Positions 8,663 through 22,000 of a DNA stretch of 33,436 bases are shown one piece after another (position 1 is the first letter of the stretch; every line of letters begins with the position of its first letter). The notes beneath the pieces were generated by a model. That model did not search any database. It saw nothing but the letters and a program-made list of their open reading frames with translations, and was not told the origin of the DNA. The position numbers and the translations under genes are program-made. The stretch is from Paraglomus brasilianum (lineage: Eukaryota), in the NCBI GenBank assembly GCA_910592345.1, contig CAJVPI010000359.1:1-33436 (forward strand), given 5' to 3'.

Positions 8663-11600
8663 TCATGTCGATGCAGGCTTGGCCTGATAGGCATTACCAT
8701 TGATAATATTGGTACTAAACTTATACTTCTCTGAAAGTCTTTGTTTCTTCTCCTTTTTCTTCTCTTCTTTCTCGATCTTTTTATCTTTCTTACTTGGCCC
8801 GCCCTCTTTCCCTCCTTTTACCTCAGGTACAGGATCTAACTGCGACGACCTTTTTTTATCATCGTCTTCCTTTTTATCTTTGTCCCCATTTCCGTCTCCG
8901 CCCACATCTCCGTCCTTGTCTTTATCTTTGTCCTTGTCTTTATCCTTGTGCCGGTCTTTATAGGATATAGATTTAGATCGTATGGTTAGCCATGATGTAG
9001 TCCTATCTGTATGATTTTCAGAGTCATTGTCTTTTGAGTTCTCGTGGTCACCATGTGATTTACGACGATCAGGCGTGTTGTGATCTTTCCGTCGACGAGT
9101 AGACAGTAATGCATTACTCCACTCTGCAAATGTCGATGAATTCTCTCTAACAGGCGGCTGATGTCTTTCTTCATGAGATTGTGCTGGGGTAGATGGTTCA
9201 TTCGTAGAAGCGAACGTTACCGTAGATGTGGATATTACTGACGATGCAGATGAAACGAGGGTTGTGCCATTCGTACTAATAGTTTCCACAGTGCCGTTCG
9301 TCATTGCTGGTGACGGGGGCGGCTCTCGAGCATTTGATTGCTCTGACAGTTCAAATTCGGAAGATAGAGCTTGTGCATCAGGTGTCTGTAAGCCAAGAGA
9401 TGCATAATCCAAATCTACGGCTTGATAAAAGAGCATGTAACCTGATCCCTTGACTGTCGAGTATTTTTGTATTTCTTCTTCATCTATAATCTGAATGGAA
9501 AAGTCACGTCAGCGGATAGTCTGCAAATAATGATCAGGTGCTCGTATAGTTACCTCTACTGCGTCATCATCGAATAGTCGCCATTGCCCCATGTTCTTTA
9601 TTAATGCTACATAATGTCCATGCTGTAGGCCACTGAAAACACAAAACAAAAACAATTTAATCATGCAAACAATTGAAATCAAGCCAAATAACTCGCTCCA
9701 TGGCTGACCTTCCGATATGCACACAAACGGCATATAATTCATATAGTCGATCAGGGTTTTCTGTATCGTCGCACTGCATATTATAAATGCCTCAGATTAG
9801 TCAAACGGACATGACGAATGGAAATTGAATCGAAATAACAAGAATTTGTTAAATACCGTATTAAACAAGCGGAGTTCAAACGGGAATACAACTCTGTATG
9901 ACAATTTTATAACTTTCTTTAGTTTATCTTGAAATTCTTGAACCTTGAAACGCTTAAGATGGAGAGCCAAAACATTGGGCAGCTTCTTAATTTTCATTCT
10001 ACAAGAGCATTATATTTCGCGTAAGTAATCACATCACCCAGAACTCGATTTACAAATTATCTCAAATGATAAAAACATTCGATTATTTTTGCTTAAATAT
10101 ATAAGCTCAAAAATAATTTCGACCATTTTGAGATTTAAAAGTCCACATGCATATCCTAAACCCAACCAATTTCATCCAAACGCGAATCGTTCACACATTG
10201 TCTCAAATCATATTCAAAGTCTAACCTTTTCTCTGCTTCCTGTAAGCCACAACATGCATCACAAAAGAATTTATCTCTGTGGCGAAGCATCTCACTTGCA
10301 GAGAATTTACGTAAACACGATGTCACTGACGAGTTCTGTTCTATGTTAAGCGGTAGTTCGAAAAATGTTTCGTCTTTACTTGTAACCTGTTCAACGCAAA
10401 TATGAAGGCTTGATCGTAAATATAGTAATAAAGAATAGAATATAGAAAATGGAAATAGTAGTAGAATAAAACACTAATAACAATGATAGTATATGAGATA
10501 GAGAGCGCCAAATCAAACATTTATCAAAACTCTTACTTACCGTCTCACATGTTAGACATTTTATCTCGTTTGTCAATACACCTTCAAATATCTTATGCAC
10601 CCATGTATTCGTTCCACCTGTCGAACTTCCACCCGTTGATGAGCCGTCAGCTGCAGAAATGCAACAAATTAAATCAAGTTAACGTATAATTCATTCTCTA
10701 ACCGATATCATCCCAATCACGCATACCCTTTGATCTCGCGCAGCAGCGACACTTTTCGTCCATGCTTACTTGTATCTGCTTGTTCCATTGCTTCCATCTT
10801 TTTCTGTTGCTCTATTATAGCATTCAGAATCCAATTAAAAAATTCATGTGCATCTTGATGCATTGTCGACTGAAATTGAACTATGATTGAGGTGCGTAAG
10901 TTAGGAATAAAAAAAAAAGTACGAATTGGAAGAAAACATGAGAAATGATCCTTAACAAAATTGACCAGCTTTTTTATATCAAAAGGAGTATCTTGACAAC
11001 TGCGATAAATACTACTAACATACCATGCGAACTTTTCAGTTTTGCGACAAATTGGTGAGGTGCAACCACACCGCTTCGTTTTTTCTGCCCGTTTATTTTG
11101 ATAAATAAATCTTTTAAAGCGCCAAACAGTGAGTCTTCCATTCCCGCGCTGGCACTCGAAGATGCTTCCCCGTTCACTATGTAGAATACCCAATGGTTAT
11201 ATACGATCAAGCGTTGCACATTATGTAAGCATATATTAACAAGTAAACACACCTTTGACTTCAGTCCCATTTGTCGCGACAGAAGCTCCGTTTGCCATTG
11301 TTAATAAAGTTGGCGATGGTTGTGGACTTGTTGGATAGTTTATTACACATTCTCGAAATGGTTTACAGAAATAAAGTATCTGCAAAATAGAATTACAATA
11401 GCTAAAAAATTCACAAGTCATTATAAGAACGATCTTACAAACCAAAGATTTATTGGCGAGGCACGTAAACTTACCATGTATTTCCAAACTGACATATAAA
11501 TCGACAAAGAAAGATTGTTAGTTGAGGAAAAGGGTAAACTGAGCAAGTAGATTGCATAATCAAACAAACCAGAACCTTATACGACCTCAGCTCAACACCT

Positions 11601-11842
11601 GCCAGTACCAATCTAGACTACGCCTTCAGCTATCTTTTGCCTTGGTGTTTATACTTACATTTTCCAGACCAAAATACTTTTCAGAATTGCTATTCCATTG
11701 CTCGTCGGTAGGAGCTTTAGCTGAGGGACTCTGCTTGAATTAATTTTGAGGTGTTAATACATCTTAAACCTCTTTTCCGTCTCAAGTCTTTCACTTTATG
11801 ACAAGGAAGTACCAGAAATATTTTTGTCCACATTGTTGTCAT
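8663..11842 (-). CDS. Ubiquitin-specific protease of the USP12/USP46 (Ubp9/Ubp13/CreB) group, multi-exon
   Basis: The spliced Cys box is [20 protein letters not shown]. Also present are [50 protein letters not shown], His box HGHYVALIK...WRLFDDD and GYMLFYQA, then a long low-complexity C-terminal exon. Probable start ATG at 11842 ([10 protein letters not shown]). Confidence 0.92.
8745..8960 (-). repeat. Low-complexity coding tract (KD repeats, Lys/Glu-rich) in the USP tail
   Basis: [14 protein letters not shown]...[13 protein letters not shown] in ORF 8663-9436. Confidence 0.8.
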
Positions 11843-14800
11843 ATTTGCGATCTTGATCCCTCTGGTTTCTTAACACGAGACTTGCTCTTGTTGTGTAGAG
11901 CACCGTGAGGTTGGTGTTCGTAAGCTACCTTGCTTATTATTAGAATTTTATAATAGGAAACCTGCCCACTAATAATTATTCTGAATGTAGGATAAACTCG
12001 AGTATTCTATTATGTAATATCAAAAGTCCCTTTTTGTTGATATGGAAGAGAATAGACAGAATGAAAAAGGCCTGAACGTAAATAAGCAACTCGACACATT
12101 TCTGTATTTTCGTTTTGTCCCCACAAATTCTGATTGAGCCAATGAAGTCGCTAGAATGAGAAGTGATTTTTGATGATTGACATGCTTTGGAGTACTGTAC
12201 CTTATTGCCCCGATCGCAAAAAAAATATATAGGGTTGGTTTCCCAGCTTCAGGGTCTCCAATATGAATATGTTAAAATAATAATATATCGATAGGAACGG
12301 TGTCCGTCAATGCCAAGTCGCTATTAACAGGAAAAAGGTCATGAGAATGTCAACATTGTTTGATAAAAATACAAAGTTCAGTTACATTTTGTAGCGGGTC
12401 CGTAAATGGTTGAACCCATGACATGCACGCATTCTAGCAAACTTGGATGCATGGCTACAGTATTGTATATCCCTGGTGGCTATTCGAATTAGATGACGCA
12501 AAATTAAAATTGAATGCGTTACCGTGCGGGTGGCATAATCCCTAGAAATTAACAACATCAACATGCAAGATGCAATCACGATTAGATGATCTGTTTTAGA
12601 GAGGCTGTGTAATATGTGTAATATGTGCAATATGGGGGAAGGTTTATTACCCCAATATAAATAGTATCAGATGATATTGTCCAATAATTGTTTGACGGAA
12701 TATCTCTGTACTTTTCCTGGCTAAAGCTGCGCCTGAATTTATTATGGGAAAACTCGGGGCTACACTAATTTCTTGTGAACAAAGAAAGAGGTTAGAGCTT
12801 TTCCTTTTCTGATCGTATGCAAGTCGACAAATTTGGCTAGTGACGTTTGCGATTAAAGTTGTAACTTAATGGGATGTCATTGTGTGTCGATCTACTTTGC
12901 AGTTTAGCAACAGTCCATCGTTATGAGTCTGCATCTTGAAACATACCAATTGATCAATTTCGAGGTATTGAAAATTCTAGTCAGTGCTTTTATTTTCAAG
13001 GTAGCATCCAACAGTAAGCGACTTCTCTGTAAAGCAAACGATTAGGTGCAGATCAATATTTGTTAGTCACTCATTCTTATGCATGTTACGGGTTGTCATC
13101 ACCTTTTGAACGAATAACAGTAGAGCTGCGTACGATACAAGAAATGATGGTATTGAAGAATGGATTATTATTGTAATCCCATAGTCATTTATTACTTGAC
13201 TGAGTGTTATCCGAACCCCAATTACCCTTTTTATATCGGTGGTCAGTTAGGTGAACTTGAACCGGTTTGGAGTAAAGCAAACCTAATCAAGCTGGATTGC
13301 ATGTGAATCATGAAATGTACTCGATGAGAAAAGTTAATATTGAAACGTCGCCATGTTAATATCCTAACGATTTGAAAAAACAACCCCCAAAAAAACTACA
13401 CACACACACGAAAGGCTGACCGTGGATTGGGAGGAGGAGTTTCAAATAACCCTTAAGCTTCACTAGCATTTATCCAAACTCAAAAAAGGAGCCGACTGAT
13501 AAAATTAAGGATGGTTTTTTCTTTCTGAAAACCAATTAATAGTCGCGATCCATAGGGAGAATGGGCAAACTTCGACGCTAGACTGCGGCTTTTTATTGAA
13601 TGCTAAGTCAATTTCCTTTTTGGAATTTTAAATACGAGAACTATTATAAAATTCCCATTTGATGAAAAAGAGTATTTATTAATGAGGGTAACGGATCGCG
13701 CGACTTTCTAATAGAATTAAAGACTATGCGTACGTCGAATATGCGACGTCGGTGCAGCAATTTTTCTTCGTATTATTATTATCAGGGTTTCGGATCGGCG
13801 GGGTTGCTCTATTACTATAGGCCGAAGGATGGTGTCTGAAGGTTCACTGTATATATCTATTGAAATACGCCTAAATGAACATTCAAGTTTCTTCGTTTTG
13901 ATAAAGTAATTGATAGAACGTAAATCGTCTCATTGTTCGAGGAATGGTCTCTGAAATCGCTATACTAATACCGAACTCTAATCCAACGTTTCGGTATCCC
14001 TGATGTAATCAATTTTTATTGTTTTGCATGTAGACTAAAAATGCGTTCTGTTGAAGCCAAAGAATGGATATTAAAAGACTTTTGCTCATCGTTAATGTGT
14101 TTAGGAAAGGAAGCAAACAGTAAGTGTCTTGGACAGATATTAAACGCTTTCTTATTAATTGCCCCAATTTAAGACGAACCTATCATATCATCTAATAAGA
14201 TTTAGATTGTGTTGTTAAAGACAAAGTCTAGAAAATAAATTGGCTTCACGAGGCCTTCATAAAGGAAACTGTTGCAACAGAAAAAATGTTACAATCTATG
14301 TTCAAATATACTCATGCTAATTATGGAAAACAAGATATTACATAATATGTATCGACTATGTGTAAGTTTTATGTATGCAGTCATCAATTCAACACGTAAT
14401 TAATTTTCCGTCGGTTATTTTTTCAATCGGCATTAGAAACCACTAATATTACTGATCGTTATGGTTGTGTTGATATGCAGCGTATATTTTGTTTCTCATG
14501 AACGTCAAGGTGTCGTTTATTTGTACCACTGCAATTTATCAACGTTTCTCTTGGCAGCATCGGACTGTTGGTGGCCAGTTCATAAATTCTTGAATGCCTT
14601 GGCTCACATATTATACGTTAGACCTGGCGTTTGCAACATAACAACATAACATATTTTTGAACATGTGACAAGTGACTATTAATAATTTATTAGGTAATAC
14701 AAATAGCGTTATATCAGGTAGTGCTAATTATGACACATGCTAATTCGTTACCGAAGTATGTACAACTTTAGATTCATAAAAAATTCTAGTTAGTTTTGTT

Positions 14801-16090
14801 TTAGATCCAATCCGTCATCACACCACTATTCGAATCACGGAGTATCTGTTATATATGGCGATAATCTGAATCCAGCTCTAGTAGTAGGAGGCAAAATTCA
14901 ACGGAAAGCATCATGCTTCGGCGATGAGACTTTCCTTTGAAGAAGTATATATCTTATCTAAATATGTCTTTCCGAATCTCATGATATCTAACATCGCAGA
15001 AATCTCATGTTACTCACTGGTACTGGTGGGATTTCTCGTTAGGTATTTGAACCCACCAATGGTCATCACATGGGATTGACAATTTAACCGAACTCTTGCA
15101 AAAGGCTACAGTGGTATTATTGGCGATCATTACGAGATCCTAATAAGCAGCCTTTAATGTTGCAATTGTTCTATATTTAGAAGTCCTTTTGGTCGACTGC
15201 AAAACTTCAAGCACAACCAATGTGAATTTTTTATACCAAGATTTCATAACTTTTATTGCGATAGTATAACTTGTTCATTAACATCCCGCACGGTTAAACA
15301 TTACATTGTATATCGGAAAATATCGCACAACCTTTATAACATTAATACTAAATTTGTTAATGAGCAACAAATGTCATTTTTGGTAGAGCAACCAATAGAT
15401 AGTGCGTTGTGGACAAAACTTGCGAATCAAAGTAACGGATATCATCACCAATAGTAATAGCGAATTTTATCTGAAAACGAACTAGCCACATTTCATTGTC
15501 CGCACCGGGTTATTAAAAACTCAAAGCTCTGTGCTCGCATACTGTGCAAATTCCCTACAAAGTTTGTACGACTTGTTGCAACTACAATCATTTCTTAGAA
15601 ATCCCTTCAATTCTACCTCGGATGCTTTCCCCCCCTACATGCTGGGATATTATTCAGCGAGCCTACAACGCTGGTTCGTCTACTTTATAAGCTTGACAGT
15701 ATTAAATGTCACTGTTAATTATATAGAACCAAAATCATTGAACAATATTGCCATGCCTTCAAGGGACAATTAAGGGAAGAATACGCATGAGACTTGTTAC
15801 TTATCAAAGTAATGGCTCATGCAAAAATATTATAAATCACAGTTGACTCAGCAGATTCGGCAACTGTAATTCTGCACAGAGAGATTCTTGGAAGGATCTG
15901 CTGCTGATCGGCGTGACAAATTCTGTCGCCAACAATATACCACAGCTGTCATGGTTCGTATCATCGAGCGCTAAACCCTTTTCCTACGCTATCATATACA
16001 TAGGAGCGACGTATATTCCAAGAAACAACATTCTTTTATCAAGGAACATACCAATTTTCTTTCTGCCTCGCTCCCGACCCCTCCACGAGT

Positions 16091-16768
16091 ATGCCAGAAC
16101 GAAATTGTATGGCCATTACTAGTATTCTTAATTGTGACGATTATCATTCTCCCACCACATCTACGGCCACTCCTCCCGCTACCCCTCCCACTACTTTCTC
16201 TAGCGACAGGCCATACGCATGCAGCTGGGCAAAGTGTGGGAAAGCATTCTCACGACGAAGTGATTTGGAAAGACACTTTCGTACACACACGGGAGAGCGG
16301 CCGTATAGTTGTAGTTGGCCTGATTGCGGAAAACGGTTTATTCAACGCTCGGCTCTTACAATACATATTCGAACACACACCGGAGAACGTCCCCACCTGT
16401 GCGAACATTTTGGTTGCAATAAGAGCTTTGGTGATGTCTCGGCACTAGGTCGTCATAGAAGGATTCACACTGGGAGAAAACCTTACGTGTGTTCTCATGC
16501 TGGATGCAGTAAGAAGTTCACTCGCCGTACCACCCTAATCCGTCATGCTTGTTCACATGGTACACATTGGCACACAAGCTCACCAGTGCCAGGAGGGCCT
16601 TCTGTTGCGCCTGTATACTACACCGCTTCTCCAAGTCTATCGACCACACCGGGTTGTTTTCAACGTATCAGCTACTTCACGTCAGGCCAGCCGATAGCTT
16701 ATCGCGAGCATAGTCGCTTGTTCCAGGATTATCTGCGTTTGCGCTACATGCCAGACTATAACATATGA
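16091..16768 (+). CDS. C2H2 zinc-finger transcription factor, 4 fingers, intronless, 225 aa
   Basis: Four C-x4-C...H-x3-H fingers with TGERPY/TGERPH/TGRKPY linkers. Recognition helices are RRSDLERH, QRSALTIH, DVSALGRH and RRTTLIRH. The start could be the second Met (16109). Confidence 0.93.
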   Translation: MPERNCMAITSILNCDDYHSPTTSTATPPATPPTTFSSDRPYACSWAKCGKAFSRRSDLERHFRTHTGERPYSCSWPDCGKRFIQRSALTIHIRTHTGERPHLCEHFGCNKSFGDVSALGRHRRIHTGRKPYVCSHAGCSKKFTRRTTLIRHACSHGTHWHTSSPVPGGPSVAPVYYTASPSLSTTPGCFQRISYFTSGQPIAYREHSRLFQDYLRLRYMPDYNI

Positions 16769-19014
16769 AGTAGAAATATATGGGCATGGGGCCGGGGGGG
16801 TGTGGGGTAATCATCAAGTGTTGAGACTTGATTAATAGTGGAAAAATAAGATTTAATGGACGGCACAAGTTTAGCATAGTTATTATGGCTGTAATATGCC
16901 AAAAATATGATTCGTCACTGTAAAGCTTTTTGTTTTGTTTTGTTTTGCATGGATTTTACTTGTAAAATTTGGCTGGGATTAATACCAGAATGTTTCTTGG
17001 GACAAAACCCAACGCATTTAGTAAAAATGCTTACGAGCCCATCTTTTGGTACACAATTCAAACAGCGAACGCGTTCAGCTATTTATATAGCTAAAAAAGT
17101 ATGTTTCCTAAGCTGGGCAGTAAGCAATATCACGTATTTGATACGTCTGTGGGAGATTGGGCGATTGCAAATAAAAAAAATGAAGAAATCTCTTTTATGG
17201 ACAATATTTCTATTAACAATACTGTTACCATGTTTATTATAACGGCGGAAAAAATTTCTAGTATCGGTTTATGCACACACTAATACGTGCTAATATAAAA
17301 CGCATTTCAAATGAACGTAAAAGGCGTAAAAAATTTTTGCCGGTGTATAGCAAATATAGTCCCTGAAAAATGGCCAGTTTTACGAGTTATTAGTTGTCAC
17401 TTACGAGTGCCGCTAAAGGTGCGAGCTACGAACAAAATTAGGTGTATGTAATAAAACTATTGATTGTTGTGCTGCGGCGGTTAGAGTAATGAACGCGTTT
17501 TATAGCTTATAAGCACAGGTTTATTGACAAAAATTTAACGGAGTATTATTAATTTTTTTTACGGTATTTTTCCATAATTGACTTGTGACTTTATTTCATC
17601 AATATTAATATACTAAATTAATTAACGTTTTATCAGAATAGAATTTCATTCTTGACAATAAACTACATCAATTTCCCACAATTTGTGTGCGTTTATGCTA
17701 ACTGCCATAGATTTCTATGGAATTAAGGCTGGAGTATATATTAGTAGGGCGGTAATAGTCTCATGTTATGTATTTTATGTCGAATTTTGCAGAAAAAGGG
17801 GCAAAAAAACTGAAATGCTCAACAACTTAAAACAACAGTTTGCGTTTACTTAATATTTAACCATTAAAAAAAGACAAATTGTTAAAAGAGATTATGTTTC
17901 CAAAAGCCAGTATCAGCGAAACAAATATTTCATATTGCGTAATAGTAAGATAATGCTTATTATTAAAAAAATTTATTTTTTTTTGCTATTTCTTTCGTGT
18001 CACATTGTATTAGTATGTAATCAAGATTCAGAACCAATCACATCACAAGAAATTTGGGGTGCGAGGGGTCACGCGATGCGTATACAAACGTGTCTATTTA
18101 ACGTAATCAATTCTCTTCAGAAATAATTGGATTGATAGTTGCTGGAAATATTTAAACATCTGTTTCTTTTCAGGTAATTCCTATGTTATTCAAATGTCTC
18201 AAGAGATGAAAAAAAATAGAAGATTGAGTATATTGACGAAACACGGCGATGTAATTGACTAGATAATCAGTTACAACTCTATTAGATTAGCAAATGCTTT
18301 TACTACGACTGCAAGGGAGTAAGGTAAAGGCAAGCTCGCATGGCTAAGCACTAAGATTCCTTGTAGACAATTGAAACATTGTCAAAAGCGCAAAAGCACG
18401 TGAACTGGTAATTCGAAGTAAAACATATGAAAATTTTTTTATTCAAAAATTTTTGCAGTCTGCATATACCATGGAAGGAGCAATGATTTAGATATTGTTA
18501 TGGAGTTGAATTGTAAAATTCCACTCATGTTCGAAATTTGTTGATTGTGCTTTTCAAAAAAATAATGATCTTTTCTGAATTCGCATTATATCTTTCGGCG
18601 GCTTATATAGCGACCCCGCCAATCCGAAAACTGCTGCACGTCTTCGGTTAGCCGCGTTAGTGCATACATTTACATGTGTAGCGTGGCTATCATTTGTATC
18701 GATAAAGACTTTTGGTAGTGGGAAAACTCTGAGCAGTAGAAAATATATGCATAAGCAGTTGATTAACGAATTTACTCAATACGCCATAAGAAGGAAACAA
18801 TACGAGAGGCTTTACAATTTAAATGAGGGGAAGGCATAATGCATCCAGGATGAATCCACTTCCGCTTTATTTCTCATTGATATCACAGGCGAAAATCGTA
18901 TTCCATACAAATATACAATATCTAAGATGACAACACAACATAAAAACAATAAAAATGGGCAACTAAAATCATTTACTAGCCAAAACTAATGCTAATAAGG
19001 GACTACATAATCGG

Positions 19015-22000
19015 TTACAAAACTCCCAATGGATCTTCTGTATATGGTGTAGAAGTCATGCTTTTTGGTCGGGGACTAGTTAATGAATCACTTTCTGATC
19101 GTACTTTGGTAGCCTTCGAAGCTGTAGCTCCAAGTGGATCGACCCTACCCGATTCTTTTTCAGCAATAACGGGTGCAACGGGGATTGTCGGCGTCAGCGG
19201 ACTACGCGTCTTTTTTTGTGCAGAAGATGGCGAACTCATATTACTGAAAGGATCTTCCTCAAGGATTGGATTGTCTAGGTTAGATGTGTTCAAACTCAAC
19301 CGATCAGCAGGGAGACTACCTCGTTTTCGATTAAACAATGAGTTATCGTCCTCTTCAATCATCCAACTATATTTTGAACTAGAAGCAATAGTTGCTTTTG
19401 GTTTGATCGGTCTACCTTGGGGATCACTGTTTTCAATTTCGTTAAAAACGTCATCAATATTCATGCGTTGTTTAGGAATTGGCGGTATTGACCTAGTAAA
19501 TGTTGTCGTGGTTGAACTAGATATATTCTTTGAATCTGAAACTGTTGGAGTACTCGTAGTATATGAGGATGTTGCTGAATAAACTGCAGAAGATTGCTGC
19601 GAGCTGACTGGTGAAGGCGGTGAGGGATTGCGAAGAGGCCTCTTTGATAGATTGTCTGTCAATGAAGTCGTTCGTTGAAAAGCTGGAGATGTTAATTTCT
19701 CCTGTTTCTGTTGTGCAACCTCTTTATTTACTGAATTCGCCTCGTCTTCCTCGCCAGCAATGCTTACAACACTGACCACACTGACCTGGTCATCTAACAC
19801 TTCCCAATGATCATCGCTATGGTGTAACGCATCCAAAACATTCGGGTTAAATTCTCTTACGGCACCACTCAGAACATCTCGCACGTGTTTGAGTCCTGCT
19901 AGTGCATGCAGTATAGAAACTTCTCCCGGTGTCGATGTCGCAGATTCTTCATTATTACTGGGTCGAATATATTCAAAAGACGAACGGGGGGTTGATCCAT
20001 CTGAACTTTTTTCAGTTTTTTCTGCATCTCCATTATTACTATCATTCATTTTTGCCCGAACGAATATTTCATGCTCAAGAATATCAACACTTTTTTGCAT
20101 GATTATTGCCATCTGGCGGCTTTGTTCCCGTAATTTCGAAAGCTCATCGGACAGTTGGGAATCTGAACGCGTAGAATCTGCCGACGGTGATTGATGGTGA
20201 GTAGAATTGAATATCGAGTACTTTGTCGGAAAGTCCGTTGACGAGGTACGTCGTCGGTTCTCATTTTCCGAACGAGTGTGAGATTCTGGGCGACGAAGGA
20301 CGTTTTTCTAGTGACCAGAGACGTATATGTTAGATCGTACGACTAAACAAACTTAAACTCCGTCTCATATAAGAAACTACCTTCACTTCTCCCACAGCTC
20401 CTACTGCTGTGAGAATAGCCTTGTTGATAGCCCGATTGTCGAACACATTCTTAGTTACGTGAACAAAACCCTCTGGCACGAATCCCTCTATGAGCGGCCC
20501 GGAAGAGACCGAACTACGGGCCGAACTATGTTCTGTCGGGATTACTGGAGATATATCCTTGCCTGCTCGGATTGCGTTCTGCCGGATTATATGATAGCCC
20601 CCTTCAGGAGACAGATGCTCGAGAAGATATTTGGCTTGGTCAACGAGAAAATCAATCCCCGGAGTTTGCGGATAACGCATCAGCATGCTCAAGCAACCTG
20701 CATAGTCGGAGGCCAACACTTCAACCAGAATATAATTAATTAGTAAATGCTTGGAAATTCGAGTGAAAAACAACCAGCTTAATGCGTACAGTCATCTCGA
20801 ATCAGCATCATCATTGCCACACATATAAAGTCAACGATTTTCAAAGTCGGATCTTCCGCAAAAATGCCGTCCCACAATACTAGAACTTGATCCAACGGGA
20901 ACTCGCGCCCGAATAATAATCTTATCCACCGTCTGTATTTCAACATCAAAAGAACTTGTTTTAATATTGGCGTCGAAGTAAGTAATTTTCAAATTTTACT
21001 TTCATCTAGACCCTACATTCCATAAAGCTGCGGTTCTATTTCTAACTTTGTCAAGTGATCGTAAAGCTCCTTATCAACCTTTTGCAAGTATTCTTCGTGA
21101 ATTTTGTTACATTTCGTAACGACTGGCGTTAGCCTGGCCGCCTGTTGAATATCGATTGTGCAAAAATTTACATCATTACGCGAAAACTCCCCAGCATATT
21201 TCAACAATCATCCACTTTAAAAAACCCCCTCCATATGAGAAGTGGAATTACCTCGGCCTGTGCATCTTTGATTTGTTTGGCATAGACTAGATCTGATTCT
21301 GCAGCTCTCTGTACAGTGAGGTGAAAAAGAAAAGTTTAAGAATTATGCAGAGAGTATTTTTGAGACATCATGTGGTATTTTACCCTGACAGGTCTTCGAT
21401 TAAAAATCTCCTCGTTGTATTCATAGTACAATTTAGCAGCTTTCATTAAGGCAGAAAATAGAGTAAATGTATCATGCTCAACAAAATCTTTGCTCAGGGT
21501 CTGTCGAATTATATCTTCTTCGTCAGAATCATCGGAATATGTCGGGCGTGACGGTAGACTTTCGTGGTCCACAACCCATAGTATTGGTGCTAAGAGTTCA
21601 TGCATGCCTTGCCTGTACGAGACATCTTGATTCATCTTACAGTAGATGAAAAGGATATCTAGAAGGCGGTTCTGGATATGTTGCGAGCGAAAATATTCAT
21701 TGTCTGGAAAGCTTTGAAAAAGAGATAACAGCGCATAAATTCAAAATAGCTTACAAATACAAGATGAATGGACGCTACCCTGCTAGTTGGAAAAAGCGCT
21801 AAATAAATATACCTACGTGCGCTCAACGTCCTGGCGAATTATTTTCTGCAATTCGGTGTCTTTATAATATTGCTGCCACGGATTCTGCATAAATAAACAA
21901 TTGTAAGTCGTTTCTGTCAAATATAATACCCAGTAAAGACGCGTCTCAAGTCATCTATACTAGAAATTTTTCATACGGATTCATCCAAAGACAGAGGGTG

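Noticed and set aside
1555..11842. Functional pairing of the USP gene with the Ub-ART fusion
   Set aside because: The USP is a conserved housekeeping type 6 kb away with unrelated loci in between. Proximity alone is not evidence.
12607..12658. Short tandem AATATGTG units and a GGGG/CCCC inverted repeat
   Set aside because: Too short and imperfect to call an element, with no second copy seen in the window.
18989..20194. Plus-strand ORFs of 197 aa and 101 aa
   Set aside because: They are antisense shadows of the Ser-rich last exon of the TBC1D5-like gene.
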